From contig NW_003314298.1 in assembly GCF_000143415.4 (NCBI RefSeq), positions 1,085,250 to 1,149,249 of the forward strand: DNA of 64,000 nt. Reading direction: 5' to 3'. Of this stretch, positions 26,901 through 38,343 are shown piece by piece. This DNA comes from Selaginella moellendorffii (lineage: Eukaryota > Plantae > Lycopodiophyta). The notes beneath the pieces were generated by a model. The model saw nothing but the letters and a program-made list of their open reading frames with translations. It was not told the origin of the DNA and searched no databases. The position numbers and the translations under genes were made by a program. How positions within the stretch are numbered: position 1 is the first letter of the stretch; each line of letters begins with the position of its first letter.

Positions 26901-27416
26901 CTTGCAAAAGAGCCGAATTATCAATCCCGGCCTTGGTGAAAATCCTTCGAGCAAGCCCATTTTTCTGCTCCAGCAAAGCCTTGAGAAGATGCTCGGTTTC
27001 CACAACCTGTTGTCTGCTAGTTTGCGCCACTTCCACGGCCGAAACCACAGCTTGCCAAGCCATGTTTGTGAAATCCTTGGCAGAAAGCTGCCAAGAAAGA
27101 AAGAGAAGAAACTCTTAAGAGAACTAAGAAAGAGAACACTCACAGTGACCGGCGATTCCAAGCGTGAGGTGCCATGGAAGCCTCGCCTGTGATCCAGCGA
27201 CCATAGGACGCCTCGTCGGTAGAGGCTGTCAGACCAGAATCGGGAAGAAACCCTGTGCGCGGCAATACCTCTCCCGAAATCATCTACCTCTGCAATCGAT
27301 CCTGTGTGATTTCTAGAGCTAATCGACACCAGATTTCGCGAGGCGCCAATACATCGAGCCTGTGGCAGCAGCTCCTCGGCCGCTCGCAGCGCTCGCCCGA
27401 GCGCTCGTCCCTGCAT
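23981..27416 (-). CDS. ClpB: Organellar ClpB/Hsp100 disaggregase, probably mitochondrial; multi-exon
   Basis: Arg-rich presequence ending RRGFH; Clp N-domain; NBD1 [28 protein letters not shown]; M-domain coiled coil; NBD2 [24 protein letters not shown]. Confidence 0.95.
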
Positions 27417-27421
27417 TGCCG

Positions 27422-27505
27422 AAACCCTAAACTCTCATCACAAGGTGGAGTAGCTAGCAAGAAAATGCTAGAGGTTTCTGGAGGGTTTTACACGTAGAAT
27501 ATTCT
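27422..27505. promoter_or_regulatory. ClpB upstream region: telo-box and imperfect heat-shock-element-like nGAAn/nTTCn arrays
   Basis: aaaccctaa at 27422-27430; aGAGg-tTTCt-gGAGg at 27470-27484; aGAAt-aTTCt at 27496-27505 (only two perfect units). Confidence 0.35.
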
Positions 27506-27862
27506 CTTGAATTAACTCAAAAAATTTTACAGAGATAAAAAATGTTCCAATCGATTCAATCGAGCGATTTAACTGCATCGATCTTTGCTCGATCGCAATT
27601 CGGGAAAATTTACAGAGATGGAGAAATTCGCTTCGGCAACGTTGTTTCAATCGATTCAAGCGATTTTACTGCATCGATCTTCACTTGTGACAACAAAAAA
27701 ACAAGCGAGAAAAAGAATCACTCACCTCAAGTTCTTCTTTTCTGCTTGGAACATCGATCCAAATCTAAAGAGCTCGCAGCGACACTGATCCTGTCACGCT
27801 AGATCGTCACGAAAATCAGTACAAACCATCGATCGATCGATCCAAACAAATCATTCTCACCT

Positions 27863-28344
27863 TCAATAGTCCCACTCTCGATAAAACGCTATGGCAAACT
27901 CCTGTTCGCGAAACTTGGCTTCCTCCACGGCAACTCTCTTGGCAGCCTTGGAAACGATCTTCTTCTTTGGCTTTGGCTTGGAATTCGCCTCCTCCACTGC
28001 CTGCCCTGTATCAATCTTCTTTTCTTTCTTCCTCCTCTCGGCCCCAATCCCCCGCTTATCGAGCTTCTGATGCGTTTCTAGCGGATTTAGCTGCCCTTGC
28101 TCCGCAACACCGAGTCCGGTGCCCTCTTTCCATCCCGCCTTCTTCAGGAGCTACAGCCGATCAAACAACAACAATCGATCAAATCGACCTCCAAATCCCT
28201 GCGTAGAACACATACCTGGAATCCGATGTTCGAATCGGAGATCCTGGCGTGCTGCCGCGAGTCCCTTCCGCTCCGCCGCTCCTTTTCTTGGAATGCCGCG
28301 CCACTGGATGTGGATTCGTCGCCGCCCCTCACGAATCCCTCCAT
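27863..28344 (-). CDS. Small G-patch domain protein, 138 aa; exons 28344-28216 and 28150-27863
   Basis: Splicing out the 65-nt GT-AG intron yields ISDSNIGFQ|LLKKAGWKEGTGLGVAEQGQLNPLETHQKLDKRGIG (G-patch), then a Lys-rich tail ending AFYREWDY*. Confidence 0.9.
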
Positions 28345-28439
28345 GGAAATCAGAAATTAGGGTTCTTGGGGAATTTTACCAATTAGCTTAATTATTTCAT
28401 TTAAGGATGAAAGAATCCTTTCCATTTACAAGTTTGCAA

Positions 28440-28825
28440 GAGATGTTCCATTGTCCTCGTCCAGGAAAATGCTCTCCTGGAATGGAGCTACGTCTTTGTA
28501 GCCAAAGCTGAAGTTCCTTGCAAATGTCGTCTGTGGCCTGTGGGAGAATTCCAGGTCGTGGATCTTGAAGATTTCTCTCGCCATCTCGGAGTTTCTTACC
28601 ACCACCAAAGAGAGCGTTCCAGCCCTGAGGTAGACAAGGGGGCCATACTTCTCTCCAAGCTTTGCGAAGTAGCGATGAATGGGTTGACGGAGTGAGAGGA
28701 GGCATCTTATAAGACGCCAAGAATGGACCAGCCGGAAGATTTCTATCGCGCCATAAAATCCACTCCACTGCAATGATCAAGCATGAAAAAACACTCGAGA
28801 AGATGATCATAGTGGTGGTCGCCAT
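28440..28825 (-). pseudogene. 5' fragment of a CYP71-clan P450
   Basis: TM anchor and LPAGP, a frameshift, then IHRYFAKLGEKYGPLVYLRAGTLSLVVVRNSEMAREIFKIHDLEFSHRP. Truncated with no heme domain. Confidence 0.8.
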
Positions 28826-29345
28826 AATTAGTCCATGACAAGATCAATACCCAGATATATGTATGGCTAGATAATCTCCTAAAAGTTTCATGTTTGGTGT
28901 AGCTACAATTTGACAATTTCATGTTTGCTACAGTCATTTGTTGAAATTAAGGTCCCAAGCCATGGTGGTTGATATTTTGATTTGGAAAGCTCAGTTCAAA
29001 TCCATGTATATATCAACCTCTTGAAAAGAAACGAACTCCAAGGTCAGTTTTCATGGTTGAACACCATGGTTATAGACATTGGCCTCGTCCTCTTCCAGCA
29101 CTTGGCCGGGAACCAGATTAAAACTGACAAATTGGAGGAAAAATATCTCTAACCTTGAAGTTTTCCTTCCTTGACTTTTACGCACCTGACTAATTTCTTT
29201 CTTTGCTTTTTATTAATTATTGACTTTCCTGGCAGAATAAAAGTATATCCGCACATTTGAATAAATCAAGACAAGAGAGGTGACAATAAAAATGACTGGG
29301 GCTTCTCTCGTCTTTCATGCAATCCGGGATCAGAAAAAAAAAAAA

Positions 29346-30311
29346 ATGAAAATCACTGCTTTCGTTACTGCTGCTCTTGTTTTGGCAATCCTCTCAATGG
29401 GTGTTGGATCTTTGATCCTTCGTCGGCATGGTCCCCAAAGCATTCTTTCTGCTAGCCGGGCAGTGATCTTCCGCAAGATTGTGGAAGTCATCATGGAAGA
29501 AGTCTCCAGGGTCCATACATATTCAGCTGGAATATCAATTGGAGATCTCACTCTACAAGTCGAAGGCCGTCTAGTCTCCATAACCGTCAGTGTAGCCGAG
29601 ACATGGAGGAGTCTTTTTGGCGAGCTTCTCATGTGTAGCATCTTTCCCTCACTGGGAATTATCCAGAAACCCGGCACAAGGCTGATGATGGGCTTCATGA
29701 AGCTCTACCATGTTCTTGCCGATCTAGAATTAACAAAGGAAAACTATGCTTCCATGGAGATTATTCACGAGAGGCTCTCGATCAGGTACACTGTCCTTGA
29801 AGAATCTGATTCAGAATCTGTTAGGATACTAGATCACTACCATGTAAATCGCACAAAAAGCGCTGATTATTTACGACTCGAGAGTGTTCCGGAGCTTTTG
29901 GATGGTCCTGGCGACGATGATGAGCACATACCAGACTGTTGGGTTTATAAGTCATGCATGGTGAGTGGGGGCGAGGATTCAGACATCTCACGCATCGACA
30001 CTGATGGCTATCTTGAATCGGCCGATGGAGTCTATTTTCTCCGAATGCAAAGAGATTGCAACCTTGTTTTATATCTTGGGAATCAGGCAGTGTGGGCAAG
30101 CAACACGCAAAACTTGGGGAAAGGGTGTCACCTGAGGCTACAAGGGGATGGCAACCTGGTTGTTTATGATGAGAATGGGGAGGCTATGTGGAGCAACAAT
30201 AAGAATTGTGGGCGTGGGTGCGGTCTTCTCTATGCTATGTGTGTTGAGCCATCAGGGCATATTGTTGTGAATGACATAGGACATCAAACGTGCATCTGGA
30301 TCAGTTCATAA
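29346..30311 (+). CDS. Secreted unknown-domain + B-lectin protein, copy 2 (intact)
   Basis: Paralog of 4966-5934; signal peptide MKITAFVTAALVLAILS; two intact QxDxNxVxY sites (QRDCNLVLY, QGDGNLVVY). Confidence 0.85.
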   Translation: MKITAFVTAALVLAILSMGVGSLILRRHGPQSILSASRAVIFRKIVEVIMEEVSRVHTYSAGISIGDLTLQVEGRLVSITVSVAETWRSLFGELLMCSIFPSLGIIQKPGTRLMMGFMKLYHVLADLELTKENYASMEIIHERLSIRYTVLEESDSESVRILDHYHVNRTKSADYLRLESVPELLDGPGDDDEHIPDCWVYKSCMVSGGEDSDISRIDTDGYLESADGVYFLRMQRDCNLVLYLGNQAVWASNTQNLGKGCHLRLQGDGNLVVYDENGEAMWSNNKNCGRGCGLLYAMCVEPSGHIVVNDIGHQTCIWISS

Positions 30312-30339
30312 GTCGTTGCAAAGATTTAGAAACCAGAGA

Positions 30340-30590
30340 TTAACAGTTCATCTCCACTTTTATTTAGGCCTATTCCACTATGCTTCGTTTCACCAAGGGA
30401 ATGAAAATGAGGCCTCAGTGCCTCATTTCCATTTCCTCTTGTATCCACCGGGGGTTGGAATCCTTGTGAGCCTGTGTCCCAGCCAATCTCTTTGGCACAA
30501 TCTTGAGAGCAAAGCAGCATACTCGTCCGTTCTATGGTTGACACCATCTTTTAATTAGGATTTGGTCATGAGCCACCACCGAGGATCATC
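30340..30590 (-). pseudogene. Decayed fragment of the OPR 3' exon
   Basis: cctcatttccat..tgtatccaccgg, agccaatctctttgg and catactcgtccgttctat..ttgacaccat match OPR sequence at 32596-32945, with large deletions. Confidence 0.7.
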
Positions 30591-31371
30591 GCAACATCGC
30601 GTCACGATTGCTCCAGTCTTGATCCAGCCAGCTCCCCTGAGAGATTTTAAGAAATTGATGCCAGGATTCAGAAAGAAAGATGTTGGGGTGAGGGCAATCC
30701 CCAGCTCAAGACGATCTCTGGAGAATATCCTTGATAGTGGAATATCTTTATCTCTGCTAGAATCTATCGAATCTAGGCAAGCGACCATGGAGGATCGCAG
30801 TAGGCTCTGCCAAGCGAGAACGCAGGGGGCGTTTGCCCCAATTGTATCAACTAATGCCTGCGCGGTCTTGCAAATGGTGTTTGAGCTTTCTCACCAAGTA
30901 CGGATCAAATGCAATGAGCAGCTTGAATCCATGCAGGAATTTGCAAGAGCCGACAAATGTGGAAGTAAAACAAAGCAAAGATGAAATTAGAAATGGAAAG
31001 AAGCCAAGAAAGATGATCAAAACAATGGAATAGAGAAAGCAAAAGAAACATGACCTCCAAGCCCGGACATGGATCGATCAATCGTTCTGCTCGTTCGTTC
31101 GCTGGAGCACGAGATGATTCACACTGAAGAGCAAAAATGCTTCCCCCAAACCCACTTCGTTTATGGCAGACAGACAAAACAAAGAAGTTCATGAATAGTT
31201 GTCTCCTTGCTTAGAAGAACCGCTCTGTCAAGAAACTCATGTAGACTTTGACTTTCCTGGCAAATAAACGTATATCCGCACATTTGACGCTTAGAAATGG
31301 CAAGAGCGGTCAAAATAAAAATGGCTGCAACGCTTCTCTCTTCAATCGTACAAAGTCGGGATCAGAAGAGA

Positions 31372-32317
31372 ATGAAAATCGCCACCTTCATTGTTGCTGC
31401 TCTTATGGTGTCAATTCTCTCGACTGGTGTTTCTTTGATAGTTCGGCCGCATGGCCCCCAAAGCATCCTTGCTTCTAGCCGGGCAGTGATCTTCCGCAAG
31501 ATTGTGGAGCTCATCATGAGAATCTCCAGGGTCGAGACGTATTCAGCTGGAATTACATTCGGAGATCACACTCTGGAGGTCGAAGGCCGTCTAGTCTCCA
31601 TAACCGTCGGTATAGCCGAGACGTGGAGGAATCTTTTTGGTGAGCTTCTCATGTGTAGCATCTTCCCCTCACTGGGGATTGTCCAGAGGCCCGGCACAAG
31701 GCTGATGATGGGCCTCATGAATCTCTACCATGTTCTTACTGACCTTCAGATGACAAAGCTAAATTATGCTTCCATGGAGATTATTCACGAGAGGCTCTCG
31801 ATCAGGTACATTGTCCATGAAGAATCTGATTCAGAATCTGTTAAGATACTAGCTCACGACCATGCAAATCGTACAAAAAGCATTGATTATTTACGACTCG
31901 AGAGTGTTCCGGAGATTTTGGATGGTCCTGGCGACGATGATGAGCACATACCAGACTGTTGGGTTTATAAGTCCTGCATGTTGAGTGGGGGCGAGGATTC
32001 AGACATCTGATGGCTATCTTGAATCGGCCGATGGAGTCTATTTTCTCCGAATGCAAAGAGATTGCAACCTTGTTTTATACCTTGGGAATCAGGTGGTGTG
32101 GGCAACCAACACGCAAAACTGGGGGAGAGGATGTTACCTGAGGCTACAAGTGGATGGCAACCTGGTTGTTTATGATGAAAATCGAAAGGTTATGTGGAGC
32201 AATAACAAGAATTGTGGGCGTGGGTGTGGTCTTCTCTATGTTATGTGCATTGAGCCATCGGGGCATATTGTTGTTAATAATATAGGAGATCAAACGTGCA
32301 TCTGGATCAGTTCGTAA
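31372..32317 (+). pseudogene. Unknown-domain + B-lectin gene, copy 3, frameshifted by a 14-nt deletion at ~32006
   Basis: Copy 2 agacatctcacgcatcgacactgatggcta versus copy 3 agacatctgatggcta. Stop at 32008-32010; the lectin domain continues in another frame to 32317. Confidence 0.85.
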
Positions 32318-32422
32318 GCCATGGTTGATGCAAGGCTAAATTGCTCCCTATTGCAAGAGAATCTTCTATTTTTTTAAAACATGTTTTATCTCCAACTAAT
32401 ACTTTTATTAGCTATCATTTTC

Positions 32423-33828
<1,406 letters not shown>

Positions 33829-34018
33829 GGCGCTGCTTGGATCGCAATCGCAAAGGGATTGTGAGCTCTCATAGTCGAGGAGCCCACGACTCTGTGATTG
33901 GACGCTCTAGATTTGCCCACGAAGCAGAACCCTATATTTCAAAATAGAGTCAAATCGCCATGTAAAAAGTATTTCGAGGTTTAGGGTTCGGATCCTCGAT
34001 CGATCGATCGATCGGGCG

Positions 34019-35484
34019 ATGGCGCTGGACGTAGCACAGGTGGTGCTCACGGCATTCGACACGAGCATGTCGCGGACATGGCGAGAGGAGGATCGGCGCT
34101 GGCGGTCCGAGGACAGAGTGTGGAGGGCCGAGGATCTCGAGTACCGGGCCGAGGAGCGCAAGTGTAGGAATCAAGAGCGGGCTATGCGCGAGGCCGAGCA
34201 GAGGTGAGAAATCCTGGAGCTGTGTCTGGAGAGATTTTTTCATGTTTCTTGATGTGCTTCGATGAAAGAGTGCCGCAGATGGAGGGATGAGGATATGGAG
34301 CAGCGGCATGTGGAGAATGCGCGCTACCTGTGGACGAGGTGAGTGAAATCCTCTCATTCATTTGTATTGTTGTAGTGTGGAGTCTTCCTTTGATCAAGTT
34401 TTCTTTCCTTGCTCTCGGTTTTGATTCTTCTCTTGCCTTATAGGTTCGTGGAGAAAAATCGTAGGGACGTGGAAGAAAAGTCCGAGCAGCTTAAAGCGAT
34501 CTCCAATCTGGCAGCCTTGTTTGCTGGTTTTGCTGTAGTAACTCTAACACAATTCACCATAGCTCCAGATCCAGTTTTAACTGTAAGTTTTTTTCTCTCT
34601 CGCGCTCTAGATATGAAGTTCTTGCTTCCGTGTTTCAACAGGTTTGGATCGCGTTTTATGGTGTATTGACTGCGATCGCTGTGAGTTTTTCATTTCACAT
34701 CACTCGTACTTTTATAGCTTTAACTTTGATGGTCTCGTTTAGGTTGGTCTCATGACGATATCAATGGTGACTTGTACTTTGATCTTGGGGAGCATACTAA
34801 AGAACGGCAAATCATACGTGAACGAAGAGGCCGAAGAGGAGTTCATGTTCAAGTGCCGTGACTTTGTGAAGTCTTACAGGACTGGAGACAAGCCACCGTC
34901 TCCTCGAAGAACTTTCGAAGCGTTTTGGGAGATTAGGTTGGTCTTTCTCTCTTCTTCGTTTCCAGCATTTTTTTTTTTGTTTCGTCATCTGTTTTCTTTT
35001 GCAATTTGCAGGTGTGAAGATGACTGGAAGAGAGCTTTCCAGTTCTTTGCATGGGGTAGGCCTTTAAACTCCAGTTAGTATTTTGTGACGTTTTCTCTTT
35101 TAACAGGGGTGCTGTCCTTCCTTTTCAGTTTGATCCCGATTGGGTGGGTGTATTTACCTTTTTTTCCGTCTGATGCGATCACCCTCCTCGCAGGTGGATA
35201 AAGTTTTATAACTCACGGCTCACAGCGGGACTCTTCATGGGAGTGATTGCAGTATCAATCATAGTCTGGTGAGTAAAAAAGAATGGAAGTGGTACCTGAT
35301 AAAACAATACTGGACTCGTTTCAGGGGCTTTGTACAATACTTATGGGGGGGATATCTCACCAAGACGTTTAGATACAACCGGACGAGCATAGCGGAAAGT
35401 GGGAGCAGCCATGCGGCCAGCATCTCGGCTGGACTGCCATTCGATTGGCATATTGCTCCGGGGAGTGTAGATAGGCAAGTCTGA
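34019..35484 (+). CDS. Orai-like (CRAC channel family) four-TM protein; ~9 exons
   Basis: TM1 QLKAISNLAALFAGFAVVTLTQF aligns without gaps to Orai TM1 [22 protein letters not shown]. Further hydrophobic segments (WIAFYGVLTAIA..., FFAWGVLSFLFSLIPIGWIKF, AGLFMGVIAV...) are joined through short GT-AG introns. Confidence 0.8.
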
Positions 35485-36104
35485 CAAGAGGAAAAGAAAA
35501 GAACAATGACGTAAATCCGCAAAATAGAGTTCCCTGTCCAAGCCTTCCACTCGAGAACGAATCTTGTCATCATCCAGGGAGCTTGAATCTTCTCTTTCGT
35601 GCTTGAAAGCTCACTGGTTTCTATGTTCACTTTGTAGCTGGAAGGAAAAGTCGACTCGTAGAAAGAACGGGCCTTCCCAACAAAACCAACGAATAATTGA
35701 GTGTTACTGCATCCACGAGGTGCCACTTTTTCCCGTGCATTCCTGTGCCTCTTCGCTGATAATTATTGTCCTTTGGCTGCAGGAAGGAAAAAAGAAATGG
35801 AAAGAATATTTGTGAATCAAATTGAAGCCCACTGGTCTGACTTGAGATTTCCCATTCGGAACGTGCAGCCAGCCTTTGCAATCATTTCTGAGCGCCGCAC
35901 TGGAGTAGTCGCAACCGACCACACAAATGGGGCTGAAACAACGTACCCGATTTCCAGGGAGTGATATCCTTAATGCGTGCTGTAGAGAAAAATGATACGA
36001 TCATCTCTGCGTATTATCCGCCATGAGTTTGCTCGATATAAACCGGAGGCGCTGCCTTCTCTTTTGCTCGTCACAAGAGAACATCACACTTCGAGTCCAG
36101 AGCT

Positions 36105-38008
36105 ATGTCTTCTGTGAATCCCAACTTTGCTTCCCAAGGATGGAAGTCCGCGCCTTTTATCTTCGGTATGAACTTCTGTTTTCTCTGCTCCTACTGATGG
36201 TAGTTTCTGGTTTTTCTTCTTTCAGCTGCTATTGGACTGGAAAACATGGCCTTCCTTTCGGTCGGGATAAACTTGTTTCCATACATGTTTACCACGATGC
36301 ACTTCTCCATTACCGATGCGGCCAACGCGGTTACCAATTTCATGGGAACTTCTTTTCTTCTCACTCTGCTGGGAGGATTTCTGTCTGACGTCTGCTTGAG
36401 CAAGTTCTGGACAATCAGCACTGGAGCAGCGATAGCATCTGTGGTAAGCAGGAGAGTTCTCTTTCTTTTACTTGTTCTTATCTTTTATGTTTTACTGGAC
36501 AGGGATTTACATTCTTGACACTTTCGTCTTCGATTCCCGCGCTGCGGCCGCCTCCATGTCCGTTACTCAGTCCAGAATGCCAGGAGGCGAGTGCCACAGG
36601 AAAGCTGGTTCTTTTCCTAGGACTCTACCTCGTCGCGATTGGGAGTGGAGCTGTCAAGAGCAATCTAGCAGCAATCGGCGCGGATCAATTCGACAGCACG
36701 GCCAACTCGAAAGAGAAAAGAGAGATATCGACTTACTTCAACTGTGCTTTCGTCGCTTTTTGCTTGGGAGCCATCGTTGCTGTCACCGCGCTCGTCTACG
36801 TCCAGGACAACGTCTCTCGCCAATGCGGCTACGCCATAGCTCTCGGCACAGTGCTGCTGGCGACCATTTTCTTCGTTTCCGGTCGCAAGTTCTACCGAAG
36901 AACATCCCTGGGAAAGAATCCACTGCTCAGTGTTGCCCGAGTTTTCGTAGCGGCTCTATACAACTGGAGAGTGGCAGTGCCTTTGGATAGCAACGAGACG
37001 ATTCAGGATGAAGAATCTGGAGACAAAGTCGACAATTATATTCAACGCACTCCACAGTTCAAGTAAGTGTTTTCAACGATCAAGTATTGGCGAATAGAAC
37101 TGACCAGCTTTTTTGTCTGTGTTTCCAGATTCTTGGACAGAGCAGCAGTCCACACGAAAGCCATGACAAACGACACAATCCCGTGGAACCTATGCACAGT
37201 GACACAAGTCGAGGAAGCCAAGATCGTGCTGAGGATTATACCCGTTTTCGCGAGCACCATCATGATGAACTGCGTGCTGGGCCAGCTCCAGACATTCTCC
37301 CTGGCCCAAGGCAAGACCATGGATCGAAAAGTCACGCACAAGTTCGAGATCCCGCCGGCATCGCTGCCGTTTTTCCCGCTGGCGATCATGGTGGTTTTGG
37401 TTCCGATCTACGACAGGCTCATCGTCCCGGTGATCCGACGAGCAACAGGACACGAGCACGGCATCACGCACCTCCAGAGAATCGGGGTTGGACTGCTGCT
37501 CGCGGTTTCCTCCATGGCCATCGCAGCTCTGGTGGAGGAGAGGAGGATCCGCGTAGCAACAGCGAGCAGGCTTCTGGATCGTCCAGCCGAGATTATTCCC
37601 ATGAGCATCTGCTGGCTTGGACTGCAGTACGTGACGTTTGGCATCGCGGACATGTTCACGTTCGTGGGCCTCCAGGAATTCTTCTACAGTGAATCTCCGG
37701 CCGGGCTCAAGAGCATGGCGACATCGCTGGCGTACGTTTCCATCGCCATTGGCTACTTCATGAGCTCCTTGCTCGTCTCCATCGTGAACGCATGCACACG
37801 TAGGAAAGGTGGCGAAGGTTGGCTGCCAGACAATCTTAACAGGAGCAGGCTTCGCGATTTCTACTGGCTCTTGGCGTGTCTTAGCACCGCCAACTTGATC
37901 AACTACGTCTTTTGGGCGTTGTGGTATCGGAGGAGAGAACTTGCGGACGGGGAGCTGCGAAACAAGGAGAATCAGGATTTGGATGTTATGAGCTCGGAGA
38001 ATCAATAA
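36105..38008 (+). CDS. NPF: NRT1/PTR family transporter (NPF4-like), gene 1
   Basis: GWKSAPFIF, AANAVTNFMGTSFLLTLLGGFLSD, GADQFD, LCTVTQVEEAK, ITHLQRIGVGL, QEFFYSESPAGLKS, DNLNRSRLRDFYWLLA. Confidence 0.95.
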
Positions 38009-38343
38009 CTTTTTTGGAAACATGCTCTTGTGGCAAGACAAAGGAGTAGAAAACAAAGGTGGCGCTATTAATATTTTTCACCGGTATCAATATAGTATTG
38101 TCGCATCCTCAATGCTATTCTTTTTTAAGCTAACCAAGAAGCCAAATGTCAACCAGCAAGCGGAAATAGCAATGAAAGCAATAAGAAACAATGAGAAACA
38201 TGTCTCTTTTATATGATAAAATGAGCAAATTACCATCTGGACATTAGGAGGAGTTGTGAGTTTGCAACGCCTCCTCTCCCAAGTGAGACTTCTCAGAATT
38301 CTCATAAAGTTCTCACACTTTTCTTAAGGAATCCCTTTCCAAA

